A stretch of 64,000 bases of DNA from Mobula hypostoma (taxonomy: Eukaryota): contig NC_086097.1 of assembly GCF_963921235.1 (NCBI RefSeq), positions 124,622,001-124,686,000 of the forward strand, written 5' to 3'. The notes under the pieces are model-generated. The model was not told the origin of the DNA and searched no databases. It was given only the letters and a program-made list of their open reading frames with translations. Numbering within the stretch: position 1 is the first letter of the stretch; each line of letters starts with the position of its first letter. Positions 1 to 13,515 of the stretch are shown piece after piece. Position numbers and translations under genes: made by a program.

Positions 1-1102
1 GTTGTTAAAAAGGCATACGGTGTATTGACCTTCATTCATCAGGAGGCCGAGATCAAGAGCTTTGAGGTAATGTTGCAGCTCTACAAAACCCTGGTTAAAC
101 CACATCTAGAGTATTGTGTTTAGTTCTGGTCGCCTCATTATAGGAAAGACGTAGAAGCTTGAGAGAGAGTGCGGAGGAAATTTACCAGGTTGCTGCCTGG
201 ATGAGAAAGCTTATCTTATGAAGACAGAAACACAGGAACATAGAAAACCCACAGTACAATACAGGCCCTTCGGCCCACAATGCTGTGCCAAACATGTACT
301 GACTTTAGAAATTACCTCAGGTTACCCATAGCCCTCTATTTTTCTAAGCTCCATGTACCTACCCAGGAGTCTCTTAAAAGACCCTATCGTATCCACCTCC
401 ACCACCATCTCCGGCAGCCCATTCCACACACTCACCACTCCCTGCGTAAAAAAAACTTACCCCTGACATCTCCTCTGTACCTGCTTCCAAGCACCTTAAA
501 ACTGGGATCCCTCATATTAGACATTTCAGCCCTGGGAAAAAGCCTCTGACTATCCACACAATCAATGCCTCTTATCATCTTATACACCTCTATCGGGTCA
601 ACTCTCATCCTCCGCCTCTCCAAGGAGAAAAGGCCAAGTTCACTCAACCTATTCTCATAAGGCATGATCCCCAATCCAGTTTGAATGAGCCAAGGCTCTT
701 CTCTCTGGAGCAAAGGAGGATGAGAGGTGGATTGATTGAGATGTACAGGATGACAGAGGCATACAGTAAATCAAGTGGATAGGCAGAAACATTTTCCCAG
801 AGCAGAAATTCCGAATGTCAAAGGGCATAGTTTTAAGAAGATTGGAGGAAAGTATAGGGGAGAGGAATGTCAGAGTTATATTTTTCTCTAACAGAGTGCT
901 GAGGGTGTGGAACATGTTGCCAGGGTGGTGGTGGGGGCATATTCATTAGAGGCATTAAAGAATCTTAGATAAGCACATGGCTGATAGAGAAATGGAGGGC
1001 TATGTACGAGGGAAGGGTTATATTGATTTTAGAGTACAGTAAAAGGTCAGCACAACATTGTGGGCCGAAGGGCCTGTACTGTGCTGTAATATTCTATGTT
1101 CT
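1..1102 (+). mobile_element. CR1 LINE 3' fragment with a second CR1 3' end nested in reverse (about 227-680)
   Basis: YKTLVKPHLEYCV and GLFSLERRRMRVD RT C-terminal motifs; TTCTATGT-type tails in both orientations. Confidence 0.85.
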
Positions 1103-1249
1103 ACCATGGGAAATTTTTTTATATCCACCTGGAGTGTTTGTTTTGGGAGTTTGGTGCCAGACACATGGACAATGTGAGCCACTCAGCAGAGCAGCCAGTG
1201 TACAGTCAGAACCACATGAAGGGTAGTCACGGTGACTACTGGCGGTGGC

Positions 1250-1745
1250 AGTAGTAGTAACAGTCGATCGGGTCGAGTACCATGTTCCCCTAACGTGTTG
1301 TCTATTGGTGGGTCTTCAGGTGGCTGTAGAGGCTGATCCAGGATCCACATAACTCTACAATGTTCGGGTGGATTCTCTGAATAGAGTACGCCCGTGTGAG
1401 ATTTTGTTTAATGTGGGGTGGTTGATGCACGGGCAGCCACTACACACTCCTTGACAGATCTGGGTCAGGGTCCAGTGGCATCCAGCGGCAAGATGACTGG
1501 GGACCCTTCACAGCTACAGGATCCCTCCACCTTCACTGCTGCTGTGAGGCGCCATCACCTTCCACCTGCTCAACTGTTAAGGTCTTGGTTGGATCACTCA
1601 TTGTCTGGAACCTCAACCCTGACCTTTCCACCACGGGTGACCCTATCAGGAGATAAGTGCCAGGAGCTCCAGAAGGCATTGGTCTCCTGATCTCAGGAAC
1701 ACACGAGCCTGACCACCATGACAAGGTGACGATCCTCGGAGGTGA
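1250..1745 (-). mobile_element. RTE-derived non-autonomous retroelement; partial copy at about 52140-52330
   Basis: Minus strand begins with CACCTTGTCATGGTGGTCAGGCTCGTGTG, resembling the RTE/BovB 5' motif, and ends in a (TAC)n tail; a related sequence recurs at 52140-52330. Confidence 0.5.
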
Positions 1746-2174
1746 AGGGTGATTGACACGGAAGAGGTCACTGACAATGGTTCACCTGTCTTGCCACTGA
1801 ACTGGGAGGATTTCACATCAGCACAGGTAAACACTGCAAACCTTTTCCTCACTGAACCTCCCATTGGTTTTAGGATTGTCCTTTACAAAGTGTCACATCA
1901 CCAAACACTGCATTTTAGACTAAGTGGCTATAAGTCAAACCATTTTGGAAAATCCATAAGACAAAGGAGCAGAATTAGGCCATTCAGCCCATTGAGTCTG
2001 CTCCACCATTCGATCATGGCTGATTTATTATCCCTCTCAACCCCATTCTCCTGCCTTCTCCCTGTAACCTTTCATGCCCTTATTAATATAGAATCTATCA
2101 AGCTCCTCTTTAAATATATCCAACAGCTTGGCCTTCACAGCCATCTGTTGCAATGAATTCCACAGTCAAAGCAG

Positions 2175-3110
2175 CACAGGATTTACTCTATAAATGGTTA
2201 GGCACCGGTGAATGAAATGGAACAGAGGGACTTGGGAGTACAAGTGCCCGGTTCATTGAATGAACAATGCCAGGTAGACAGGGTGGTGAAACTGTGTTTA
2301 GCATGCTGGTCACCTCATTCAGGGCATTGGATACAGGAGTTGCAGTGTTATTTTGCAGTTGATGCTGCCATATTTGGAGTACTTTGTACAGTTTTGGTCA
2401 TCCACTTACACGAAAGATGTGATTAAACAGGGATGAGTCCAGAAATAACGTATGAGGGGATGCTGCCAGGGCTAGAGGGCCTGGGTTACAGGGGGAGGTT
2501 GGCCGGGCTAGGTTTTTGCTCATTGGAACATAGCAGAATGAGGAAAGGCATGGTAGTGTAGTGGTTATCACAACGATTTACAGCATGCCGGGAATAAGAT
2601 TGAGGTTCAATTCCCACTGCTCTCTGTATGTTCTCCTCGTGATGCTGTCGGTTCCCTCCCACACTGGGGGTAGGGTTAGTGAGTTGTGACTATACTACGG
2701 CATCAGAAGCATGGCGACACTGGTGGGCTGCCCCCAGCACATCCCAGATGCACGCGACGCGTTTCACTGCATGTCTGGATGTCTTGATGTACCTATGACA
2801 AGAAAAGCTCACCTGTAAAGCTTATAGAAGTGGATAAGATTGAGAGGTATAGATAAGATGGATAATAGCCATCTCTTTTCCAAGGTAGGAGAGTCCAAAA
2901 CTAGGGTGCACTGGTTCAGGATGGAGGGGGCGGTGGATGATTTTAGAGGAAGCTGAGGAGCAACTATTTCACAGAGGCTGGTGAGTGTGCAGAATGAGTT
3001 GCCAGAGCAAGTGGTTTGAGGCAGGCACAAAGGAATCATACAAGAAGTACTTGGATAGGTAATGGAGGAGAGAGGCCTGGAGGGAGAAGTACAGAATGCA
3101 GGAAATTGGT
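2175..3110 (+). mobile_element. Old CR1 fragment interrupted by a tRNA-derived SINE (about 2545-2810)
   Basis: EQRDLGVQV and VDRVVK motifs; SINE with A box and GGTTCAATTCC B box. Confidence 0.7.
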
Positions 3111-3352
3111 TGTTCTGCATTTAATATTTTAGTAATATTTGAGAAATATTATAAATATATTGTTTGATTAAGTATTCTTTGTTGTTTGCATAATGTATTA
3201 CGGATTGTCTATAAAAGTACATAAATGGCATACGTTATCGTACCAACACGTCACACATGCACACCTCACTTAAAGTAAAAAAATGAAGTTTGACTTGTAC
3301 TTTGGACTCTCAGTCTTTTCCTTTAAATTAGTGTTATGGTTTGGAGTTACAG
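3110..3352 (+). mobile_element. Solo LTR of the Gypsy family present at 11655-18769
   Basis: Shares AAATATATTGTTTGAT, CACCTCACT and TTTGGAGTTACA blocks with the LTRs flanking the Gypsy element. Confidence 0.65.
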
Positions 3353-3404
3353 AAGAGGTGGAAAGCACAGTTGTCATGGACTCATTGGGCCAAAGGGCCA
3401 AAGG

Positions 3405-3613
3405 GCAAACTGTTGAGGCCAGTTCATTAGCTATGTTTAAAAGGAAGTTAGATATGGCCCTTGTGGCTACAGGGGTCAGGGGGTATGGAGGGAAGGCAGG
3501 GTTCTGAGTTGGATGATCAGCCATGATCATAATAAATGGCGGTGCAGGCTCGAAGGGCCGAATGGCCTACTCCTGCACCTATTTTCTATGTTTCTATGTT
3601 TCTATGTTTCTAT
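3405..3613 (+). mobile_element. Young CR1 3' end with (TTTCTATG)n tail
   Basis: Nearly identical to the reverse complement of 46560-46770. Confidence 0.85.
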
Positions 3614-4079
3614 CCATGTTGTCCCACTCTGTGACTCTAAGTGAAAACACTTGTGACAAATTTCCAACACAACTGTTCAGTCTGGAGAACACATTGATGA
3701 CAGCCAGCATAAAAGTTCCTACTTGGTTGAAAACAAGTCAGCATTTGCTTCACATGCCAATTATGAACACAAATCTAATCCAGCCGTTATGCACAGCCTT
3801 CAAAATAATTGAATTTTGTCAGCAGAAAATTTGACTTGGCATTGGTATCTGTTTTTATGTTGACAGCTCTTCAGTTGCATAGTTGAACCATTTCATGTGT
3901 CACAAAAGAACAAACACAATTTGGTCACACACTGAGTTGCTGTAGGGCAGGTCTGCATGCTTTTGTGCACTAAGTTGTTGCCACGTGATTGGCTGATTAG
4001 ATATTTGCATTAATGAGGTGTACAGGTGTACCTAATAAAGTGGCCACGGAGTGTATATTCAAACATTGTAACAGTGGAA

Positions 4080-4270
4080 ACATGACAAACAATGTCTGTC
4101 CAGCAAGGCCCCACCAACAACAGTTCAGTAATAACCAGATAAGCCCAATTAGTAATGTTGATTAAGCAATAAATGTTGGCCAGGACACCAGAGAGAACTT
4201 TATTCCTCTTCAAATTGGTGTGATGGGATTTTATTTTTTTTAATCTGTAGGAGGGAGCAGCCGAAGATCT
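4080..4270 (-). mobile_element. Ancient Deu-domain SINE remnant (SacSINE1/AmnSINE1-like); second copy at about 21325-21560
   Basis: ATGTTGATT...AAATGTTGGCCAGGACACC...AACT...CTCTTC...ATGGGATTTT resembles the reverse complement of the recalled DeuSINE core. Confidence 0.5.
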
Positions 4271-4404
4271 CTGCCCCATGCCTTTTATCTGACAGCAATT
4301 CTGTCAAGACAGACAAGGGAGCTTGATGCCGAGAATGCATAACAGCAGTCTGGTCATTTTCCCAGTCTATTAAGCTATGCAATACACATTCTTCCTTCCA
4401 CAGA

Positions 4405-4940
4405 TGCACTCAGTGGCCTCTTTATTAGGTACAGCTGCTCATTAATGCAAATAACCTAATCAGCCAATCATGTGGCAGCAACTCAATGCATAAAAGCATG
4501 CCGATGTGGTCAAGAGGTTCATTTGTTGTTCAGACCAAACACCAGAATGGGGAAGAAATGTGATCTAAGTGACTTTGACTGTGAAATGATTATTGATGCC
4601 ATACGGGGTGATTTGAGTATCTCAGAAACTGCTGATCTCTTGCGATTTTCACGCACATCGGTCTCTAGAATTCTACAGAGAGTGGTGGAAGAAACAAAAA
4701 AAGAAAACAGCGATTGACAGTTCTGTGGGCAGAAATGCCTTGTTAATGAGAGACGTCAGAGGAGAATAGCCAGACTGGTTCAAGCTGACAGGAAGGTGTC
4801 AGTAACTTGAATAACCACATGTAACAGTGGTGTGCAGAAGAGCATCTCTGAATGCACAAAGCATTAAACCTTGAAGTGGATAGACCACAGCAGCTGAAGA
4901 CCACAAACGTACACTCAGTGACCACTGTTTTAGGTACTCC
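4405..4940 (+). mobile_element. Tc1-derived non-autonomous element (MITE)
   Basis: Terminus CACTCAGTGGCC...TTATTAGGTAC; retains a transposase helix-turn-helix remnant MGKKCDLSDFD...SISETADLLRFSRTSVSR. Confidence 0.8.
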
Positions 4941-4973
4941 TGTGGAAGCTGAGCGTACGAAGAGAAAATTTAC

Positions 4974-5084
4974 CGCCAGCATCCTTTCTGCTAAGTCACA
5001 TGTATTGGTGTCAATGCGAAGTTTTGTTCCATCTGCAAGAAGAATCTCCAAGTGGATAGCTTGAGGATGAATTTTAAATGTTTC
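4974..5084 (-). CDS. SNX31: Sorting nexin 31, exon equivalent to human exon 5 (start of FERM-like F1 module)
   Basis: 111-nt phase 0/0 exon bounded by AG and GTAAAT. Encodes ETFKIHPQAIHLEILLADGTKLRIDTNTCDLAERMLA versus recalled human NTFDIATKKAYLDIFLPNEQSIRIEIITSDTAERVLE (same 37-aa length). Confidence 0.9.
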
Positions 5085-5984
5085 CTCCAATGAAAATTAA
5101 AAAGTTCTAGTGGTCTTCTGGTATTGAGGGTGCAGAGGAAAACTTTTGTATTTATTTCAATCAATTACATTTCAGTGGCTAGAGCTGCATTCAGTATTGA
5201 ACTGGATCGTGCTGGACTTGACCCACTGATTCCAACATCCTTCCACACTCAGAATGGAGCAGTTACTTGAATAGGAGTGCCCCTTAAATATTAATTATGG
5301 GCCTAATAGCACACAAGGTGGGTTGAAAGGATTAGACAAGATCTTATGGGCCTGATTTCTTTCTAAGCTGAGTACAGTTTCAGTGACAGCTGTGGAAACC
5401 AAGTCATTGATAGGTTCTTGATAGGTTGATAGGTTCTTGATTAGTCAGGATATCAAAGGTTACGGGAAGAAGGCAGAGAATAGGGTTGAAAGGAATAATA
5501 AATCAGCCATGATAGAATGGTGGAGCAGAATAAATGGCCCGAATGGCCTAATTCTGCTCCTATGTCTAATGGTCTTAACATAAGGTAGATTGGGAGGTCA
5601 ACAGTCCATCTTATTGTAATAGGAAACCGTCGTATAACAGTGGATTAGGAGCTGTTCCTGAGCTTAGTGGTATGTGCTTTCAGTTTTTCATATCATCTAC
5701 CCAACAGGAGGGGGTACAAGGGAGAACATCTAGGACGGGTGGAGTCTTTGATTATGCTGGCTGCTTTACTGACTCCAAGGACAGCCTCTGTCCAGCTGCC
5801 TCATGACGGTAGTGACATATGCATCTAATCTGGCTGCTGAGTCTTTGAATATGGATCAGGCTACTGACTCAAACATATTAGGAGGAGTGGCTGGCATAGC
5901 TGCACCTCAGTCTTATTTATAGTGGGTCAGTCCTTCATATGTATGGTGCTTCATCATATTCACTGGATACACAAGCATTTCTAG

Positions 5985-6540
5985 ATCAACTTTATAATGT
6001 TGCAGCTCTGTAAAACTCTTGATTTGATCACGCTTGGATTATTGTGTTCATTCCTGGCCACCTCATTGTAGGAAAGATGTGGAAGCTTTAGAGAGGGTGC
6101 AGAAGAGGATTAGAGAGCAAGTCTTATGAGAACAGGTTGAGTGAGCTGGAGCTTTTCGCTTTAGAGCAAAGGAGGGTGAGAAGCAACTTGATAGAGGTAT
6201 ACAAGATTGTAAAAGGCACAGATGAAATTGACAGCCAGCATCTATTTCCCAGGGAGACAACGGCCAAGACCAGAGGACATTGTTTTAAGGTGAGTAGAGG
6301 AAAGTTTAGGGGAGATGTCAAAGGTAGGGCTTTTACACAGAGAGCGATGGGTTTCTGGAACACACTGTCTAGGAAAGTGGCAGAGGATGATATATTGGGA
6401 ACACCTAAGAGGCTCTTAGATGGGGGAGAGTAATTGAAGGGTTGTGGCCTATGTAGGAGGAAAGAGTAGATTGATTGTGGAGCAAGTTAACAGGTTGGCA
6501 AACACCATGGGCCAAAGGGCTTGTACTGTGCGGTGTTCTA
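5985..6540 (+). mobile_element. CR1 LINE 3' fragment
   Basis: LFALEQRRVRSNLIEVYKI...TRGH C-terminal motifs. Confidence 0.8.
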
Positions 6541-7109
6541 AATACCACCCATCATTTTTGTTTTGGTCGAGGTTTTGAGACCTTTCTGAATACAAAGCAG
6601 CTACCATAGTTTGTACCCAAGGTTGAGATGGTGGAACTGCCCCAATGCAATGGCTTTTCCACTTTCTAAAACTCTCTTGCACAGGTTTCTTTGTGCAATT
6701 CACAAAGAAAGACTACGCAAATCTAACGGTAATCGTCAGACATGATGGACAACCAATCACAGTTTAGCACTTTTTGAATGGTGTTTCATTGGCTGCAGGG
6801 TATCTTGCGATATCCGGAGTTTATGAGAGGTTAGGTATAGAAGCAAAGCTCTGCTCATTTTTACCCAGGGTAGTGGCAGAAGCCACAATTTGTCTCAGCC
6901 ATACGGAATAGGGAGAGAGTCTGGAAACTCACAGGCATGAAATCAGCTAACATCCCACTGTACATACCAAAGTAATGATGTAAAATCCAGTATTGTCATG
7001 ACCACACACACTTCCTCTACCTACCCTGAAAATCATCAGATCTCTGGAATAACAATTCGTCTCTACACAACTTATAGCCATTTTATTAGACCCAAGTCTC
7101 ATATACTGA

Positions 7110-8477
7110 AAGACCATGTACTCAATGACTTGGCCTCCACAGTCATCCATGGCAATGAATTCCACAGATTCGCCACCCTCTGACTAAAGAAATTCCTTCT
7201 CATCTCTGTTCTAAATGGTTGTTCCTCTTGTCTAAGTCTGTGCCCCCCGGTCCTAGGATCTCGCACTATAGCCAACATCCTCTCCACACCTAAGCCTTTC
7301 AATAATCGAAAGGTTTCAATGAGATCCCCCCTCATTCTTCTAAACTCCAGTGAGTACAGGCCCAGAGCCATCAAACACTCCTCATACGTTACGCATGTCA
7401 TTCCTGGAATCATTTTCATAAACCTCCTCTGGATCCTCTCCAATGCCAGCACATCTTTTAGATAAGGGGCCCAAAACTGCTCACAATACTCCAAGTGCAG
7501 CCTGACCAATGTCTTATAAAGCCTCAGAATTGTACTCTTGCTCTTGTATTCGAGTCCTCTCAGAATAAATGCCAACATTGCATTTGCTTTCCTTACCACT
7601 GACTCATCCTGCAAGTTAACCTTTGTGGAATCCTGCATGAGGACTCCCAAATCCCATTGCACCTCTGATTTTTGAATTTTCTCCCCATTCAGAAATTAGG
7701 CTACTGCTTTATTCCTTCTACAAAAATGCATGACCATACACTTCCCTGCACTATATCCCTTCTGCTACTTCTTTGCCCATTGTCCCAATCGGTCCAAGTC
7801 CTTCTGAAGACCCTCTGCTTTCTTAACACTATCTGACCTTCCACCTATCTTCATATTGTCTGCAAACCTGGCCACAACGTCATCAATCCAGTCATCCAAA
7901 TCATTGACATATAACGTGAAAAGAAGTGGTCCCAATATTGACCCCTGCAGAACACCACTCATCACCAGCAGCCAACCAGAATAGGCCCCCTTTAATCCCA
8001 CTCTCTGCCATCTGCCAGTCAGCCAAATCTTCTATTCATGTTAGTATCTTTCCTGTAATACAATGGACTCTTCTCTTGTTAAACAGTCTCATGCACAGCA
8101 CCTTGTCAAAGGACTTCTGAAAATCCAAGTAAGCAACATCCACTGACTCTCCTTTGTCTGTCCCGCAGTTATTTCCTCAGAATTCCCAGCAGATTTCTCA
8201 GGCAAGATTTCCCCTGAAGCAAGTCATGCTGACTGTGGCCTACTTCATCATGTGCCTCCAAGTACCCTGAAACCTCGTCCTTAATAATGGACTCCAACAT
8301 CTTCCCAACCAGTGAGATCAGGCGAACTGGCCTATAATTCCTTTCTTCTGCCTCTCCCTTCTTAAAGAGAGGAGCAGCATTTGCAGTTTTCCATTCCTCT
8401 AGAACCATTCCAGAATCTTGTGGTTCTTGAAAGATCATTGCTAATGCTTCCATAATCTCTTCAGCTACCTCTTTCAA
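7110..8477 (-). mobile_element. CR1 LINE ORF2 fragment (RT), decayed
   Basis: NYRPVRLISLVGK, GVLQGSILGP, FADNMK and LEYCEQFWAP motifs, with frameshifts. Confidence 0.9.
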
Positions 8478-9906
8478 AGACAGAAAAGGGAGAGAGATGT
8501 CATACCTATGGTTCTGTCTGGCATTATGCAGATCAGCTCATTAAGTGGATGATAAGTGTTATTTTATTTCACTTTCTTTCCTACTTTCTCAGTAGTCATT
8601 TGTCTTTCTTTTTGTATTGTATGCTTTATATAACTCTAATGGTGTGGCTTGTTTTGGCTTTTAATACATGTACAATGCCTGCTTTGTTTGCGAACATGTT
8701 TGCGAATCAGAGAAAAACAAGGAAAGGGAGTTGTGAAATATTGTCATTACAAGGCCATGGTCTTGAATGGTTTACTCTGTTTCTCTCTCCACAAGTACTG
8801 CCTGATCCATCAAATTGATACAACATCTTTTGTTTTTATTTCTACATTAATATCTCTGGGTTTATACACAGCAAATTGTGGTGTGGGGAAGCTCCCTCAT
8901 CCAGATAAATGATATTCTTTAAAATATCAATGTGAGAGAAGCATGGACACTTCGAATTCAATATTTCCTCATAAGGCCCGAGGTACAGTCTCAGAATAGA
9001 GGGACATCCCTTTAGAACAGAGATGAGGAGCAATATCTTTAGTCAGAGGGCAGTGAGTCTGTGGAATTCATTGCCACAGAAGGCTGTGGAGGTCAGATCA
9101 TTGGGTACATTGAGGTGGTGGAATGGTGGAGCAGACCTGATGGGCTGAATCGCCTAATTCTGCTCCGATGTCTTTTGGAATACTGGGTATATTTGGGTGC
9201 CACCGTATTGTATCAGTTTGCATTTACAGCTGGGACCGTTGGAGTTCAGAGTTCAATTCCAATATCATCTGTAAGGAGTCTGTACTTCCTTCCCACGAAA
9301 CGCATGAGTTTTCTCCAGGTCCTCTGCTTTCCTCCCACAGTCCAAAGACAGACCGGTTAGTAGGCTAATTGGTCATTGTAACTTGTCCCGTGGTTAGGCT
9401 AGGGTTAAATCGAGGGCCGCCTGGAGGAGTGGTTCGAAGGGCCGGGGGTGCCTGCACCATGCTGTATTTCTAAATAAATATTTAAATTGGAGATTGATAG
9501 ACTCTTGATTAGTAAGGGCATCAAAGGTTACAGGTAGAATGGGGTTGAGAGGGAAAATAAATCAGCCGTGATGGAACGGCAGAGCAGATTCAGTGGGCTG
9601 AATGGCCTAATTCTGCTCCTACACTCTATCTTATGGAATGGGAGAAGAACAAAAAGGGATTAGTGTAGGATTGGTGTAAATGGGTGCTTGATGGTAAACA
9701 TGGATTTGATGAACCAAAGGATTTGTTTCTGTGCTGTTGACTCTGACAAAGCATTAAAAACTGAAGTTTTCTGAAAATGCTTCATATCAGAATCGCACTA
9801 GTGAAAGCTAATTACCAAACTCATTTGTCTGAGTCTTTGCTTTGCAAAATGTTTAAAGTCAATAAACGTGCAGTACATAGTCAGTCACTGTATTGTTTTC
9901 ACATAT

Positions 9907-10433
9907 ACACTCAGTGGCCACTTTATCAGGTACACCTGCTCCTTAATGCAAATATCTAATCAGCCAATCATGTGGCAGCTACTCAATGCATAAAAGCACG
10001 CAGTGCTCAAGGGTTTCATTTGTTGTCCAGACCAAACACCAGAATAGGGAAAAATATGATCTAAGTGACTTTGACCATGGAATGATGGTTGGTGCCAGAC
10101 GGGATGGTTTGAGTATCTCAAAAACTGTTGATCTCCTGGGATTTTCATGCACAGGAGTTTAAAGAGACAGTTACAAAAGACAAAAAAAAAATCCAGTGGG
10201 CAGCATTTCTGTGGGTGAAAATGGCTTGTAAGTAGGAGTGGTCAGAGGAGAATGGGCAGACTAATTCTAGCTGACAGGAAGGTGACAGTAACTCAAATAA
10301 CCATGCATTACCAGAGTGATGTAGAGAAGAACATCTCTGAATGCACAACACGTTGAACCATGAAGTGGATGGGCTACAGCAGAAGACCACAAACATACAC
10401 CACCTGTACCTAATAAAGTGGCCAATGAGTGCA
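9907..10433 (+). mobile_element. Tc1-derived MITE with both terminal inverted repeats (TIRs)
   Basis: TACACTCAGTGGCCACTTTATCAGGTACA at the left end and TGTACCTAATAAAGTGGCCAATGAGTG at the right end. Confidence 0.85.
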
Positions 10434-12339
10434 TGAGAGAAGTAAGAATTATAGTGGCATAGTTCATCTCTTTGTAACGTGTAAATGAAAATATGTACAT
10501 TTACTAAACACACAAACTGCCGGTGGAACTCAGCAGGACTTGGATAAACAGTCTCAGCCTGAGAGGTCAACTGTTTATTCCTCTCCGCGGATGCTGTCTG
10601 ACCTGCTGAGTTCCTCTAGCACTTTGTGTGTGTTAGTCTGGATTTCCAGCACCTGCAGAATCTCTTGTGTTATTGTGTGTACCACCTGGTTCTGCGACAT
10701 ACTTAAGCATTTACACCATGGAAAGAAACTATGCCAGCTAAAATTTTTAAAAATAAATGTTATACACTTACCAAGATGCTCATGTTTTTATGTATTGTGT
10801 TAAAATGAGACAAAAATAATAGAGCACATTTCAAAAACTGAAAACATCATTTCGAGTACAGTAAGGAAATTTCAAAGTTCCAAATAAATTTATTATCAAA
10901 GTACGTAAATGTCACCATATACTATTGAGATTCATTTTCTCGCAGACATTCACAGTAGAACAGAAAATACATTAGAATCAGTGAAAAACTGCACACAAAG
11001 ACTAATAACCAAGGTGCAAAAGACAAACTGCAAATATAAAAAGAAACAAATAATAATAATTTTAAAAATAACTAATATTGAAAACATGAGTTGTTGAGAC
11101 CTTGAAAGGGAGTCTGAAGGTTGTGGGATCGGTTCAGTGTTGAGATGAGTGAGGTTCTCCATGCTGGCTCGGAAGCCTGATAGATGAGGGTATTAACTGT
11201 TCCTTAATCTGGTGACACAGGACCTGTGGCCCCTGTACCTCCTTCCTAATAGCAGAGTGAAAAGAGAGCATGGCTTGGATATTCTTCAAGTGAGCAAATC
11301 AAGGACCTAGTTGCACAAGGAGGTATCAAGGCCCAAGTCTTGGAGCTTAGTGATGAGATTAGAGGGGACGTTAGTGTTGATGCATAGCTGATAATCATGT
11401 ATGTATAACATACACAAATGGTTGAGATAGAATTATCTGAGATGCTGAAGGAAGAATTTCTGCCTTTCAAAATGATACCATACATCCACCCAAGGTAAAT
11501 GCAGATTCAGATTTATTTATCAAATGTACATCGAAACATACAGCGAAATGTGTCATTTGCGTTAACAACTAACACACCCAGAAGAGATCGCACGTTTTGG
11601 CACACATTCCGGTACCAACATAGCATGCCCTCATGATTACCAATGTCCGTAATCGTAGGGTATTTATACTTCCATAATGTTTGAGTAAAAATGTAAATAT
11701 ACTGTTTGATACTACCCCTCAACCATCAGGATCTTGAACAAAAGGGGGTAACTGCACTCACTTACCCATCCATTGAAGTGTTCCCACAACCAATGATCTC
11801 ACTTTAAGGACTCAGCATCTTGTTATTTATTGCTTTTTATTTATACTTGAATTTGCACAGTTTGTTGTCTTCTGCACTCTGGTTGATCTTTCATTGATCC
11901 TGTTGTAGTTACTATTCTGTAGATTTGTTGAGTATGCCCGCAGGAAAATGAATTTCAGGGTTATATATAGTGACATATGTACTTTGATAATAAAATTTAC
12001 TCTGAACTTTGAGTTTTTCATCAAGCATTCTTCGTTTATTTACATAATCATTATGGGTTATATGTAAGAGATGTCAATGGCATATATCATGACAACACAT
12101 ATCACATGTTAGCACCTCACTAAAAAAAATCGGGAAAAAAATTAAGTAGTCAAGTATTCAGCTCCTGTGTTTATCTTTCGATTCATTTCTGGAGTTGCAA
12201 AACATAACAGTGGTGATGAAGAAGTTTTAACACAAACCTAATACGACTACCTATCTATTGAAGCACAGTGTGCTTTTCTTTGGAAGAACAGCAAGGCGTT
12301 CAAAGTGTTCTTTAAAAAAGGCAGAAAACTAACTGCCTT

Positions 12340-13515
12340 TTTTAGTAAGACATTTGATAAGGTTCCACATGCAAGGCTCCTTCAGAAAGTAGGGAGGCAT
12401 GGGATCCAAGGAAATCTTGCTTTGTGGATCCAGAACTGGCTTGCCCACAGAAGGCAAAGGACGGTTGTGGATGGTTCATATTCTGTATGGAGGTTAGTGA
12501 CCAGTGGTGTTCAGCAGGGATCTGTTCTGGAACACCTACTCTTTGTGATTTTTACAAATGACCTGGATGGAGAAGTAGAAGAGTGGGTTAGTAAGTTTAC
12601 TGATGAGACAAAGGTTGGGGGTGTTGTGGATAGTGTGGAGGACTGTCAGAGGTTACAGCGGGACATTGATAGGATACAGAACTGGGCTGAGAAGTGGCAG
12701 ATGGAGTTCAACCCAGGTAAGGGTGAGGTGGTTCATTTTGGTAGGTCAAATTTGAAGACGGAATGTAATATTAATGGTAAGACTCTTGGCATTGTAGAGG
12801 ATCTGAGAGAGCTTGAGGTCTGTGTCGACAGGACACTCAAAGCTACTCTGCATGTTGACAGTGTTGTTAAGAAGGCATATGGTGTGTTGGCATTCATCAG
12901 CTGTGCGATTGAGTTCAAGAGCCATGAGGTAATGTTACAGCTATATAAGACCTTGGTCAGACCGCACTTGGAGTACTGTATTCAGCTCTGATCATGTCAT
13001 TACAGGAACGATGTGAATACTGTAGAGAGAGTGCAGAGGAGATTTACAAGGATGTTGCCTGGATTGGAGGGCGTATCTTATGAGACTAGGTTGAGTGTAC
13101 TTGGCCTTTTCTCCTTGGAGCAAAAGAGGATGAGAGGTGATCTGACAGAGGTGTATAAGATGATGAGAGGCATTGACCATGTCGATAGCCAAGGGTGTTT
13201 TTCCCCCAGAGCTGAACTGGCTAACACGAGGGGGCACAGTTTTAGGGTGCTTAGAAATAGATACTGAGGGGATGTCAGGGTAAGTTTTTCCCACAGAGAG
13301 TGGTGGGTGCATGGAATGCACTACCAGCAGAAGTGTGGAAGCAGATACAATAGGGTCTTTTAAGAGCCTCTTAGATAGGTACATGGAGCTTAGAAAATAT
13401 AGAGGGCTATGCGCTAGGGAAATTGTAGGCAGTCTTTAGAGTAGGTTACTTGGTCAGCACAACATTGTGAGCCGAAGGGCCTGTAATGTGCTGTAAATTT
13501 CTATGTTCTATGTTC
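12340..13515 (+). mobile_element. 5'-truncated CR1 inserted in the Gypsy leader
   Basis: FSKTFDKVPH, GVQQGSVL, KFTDETK and RPHLEYC motifs; TTCTATGTTCTATGTTC tail. Confidence 0.9.

Noticed and set aside
1..4973. Further SNX31 exons (exon 6 onward)
   Set aside because: No GYFGLFL-like exon found; presumed to lie beyond the left edge of the window.
6555..6690. VPPSQPWVQTMVAALYSERSQNLDQ as SNX31 exon 3
   Set aside because: Weak similarity, lacks PPK, RR and YL, and has no fitting splice sites.
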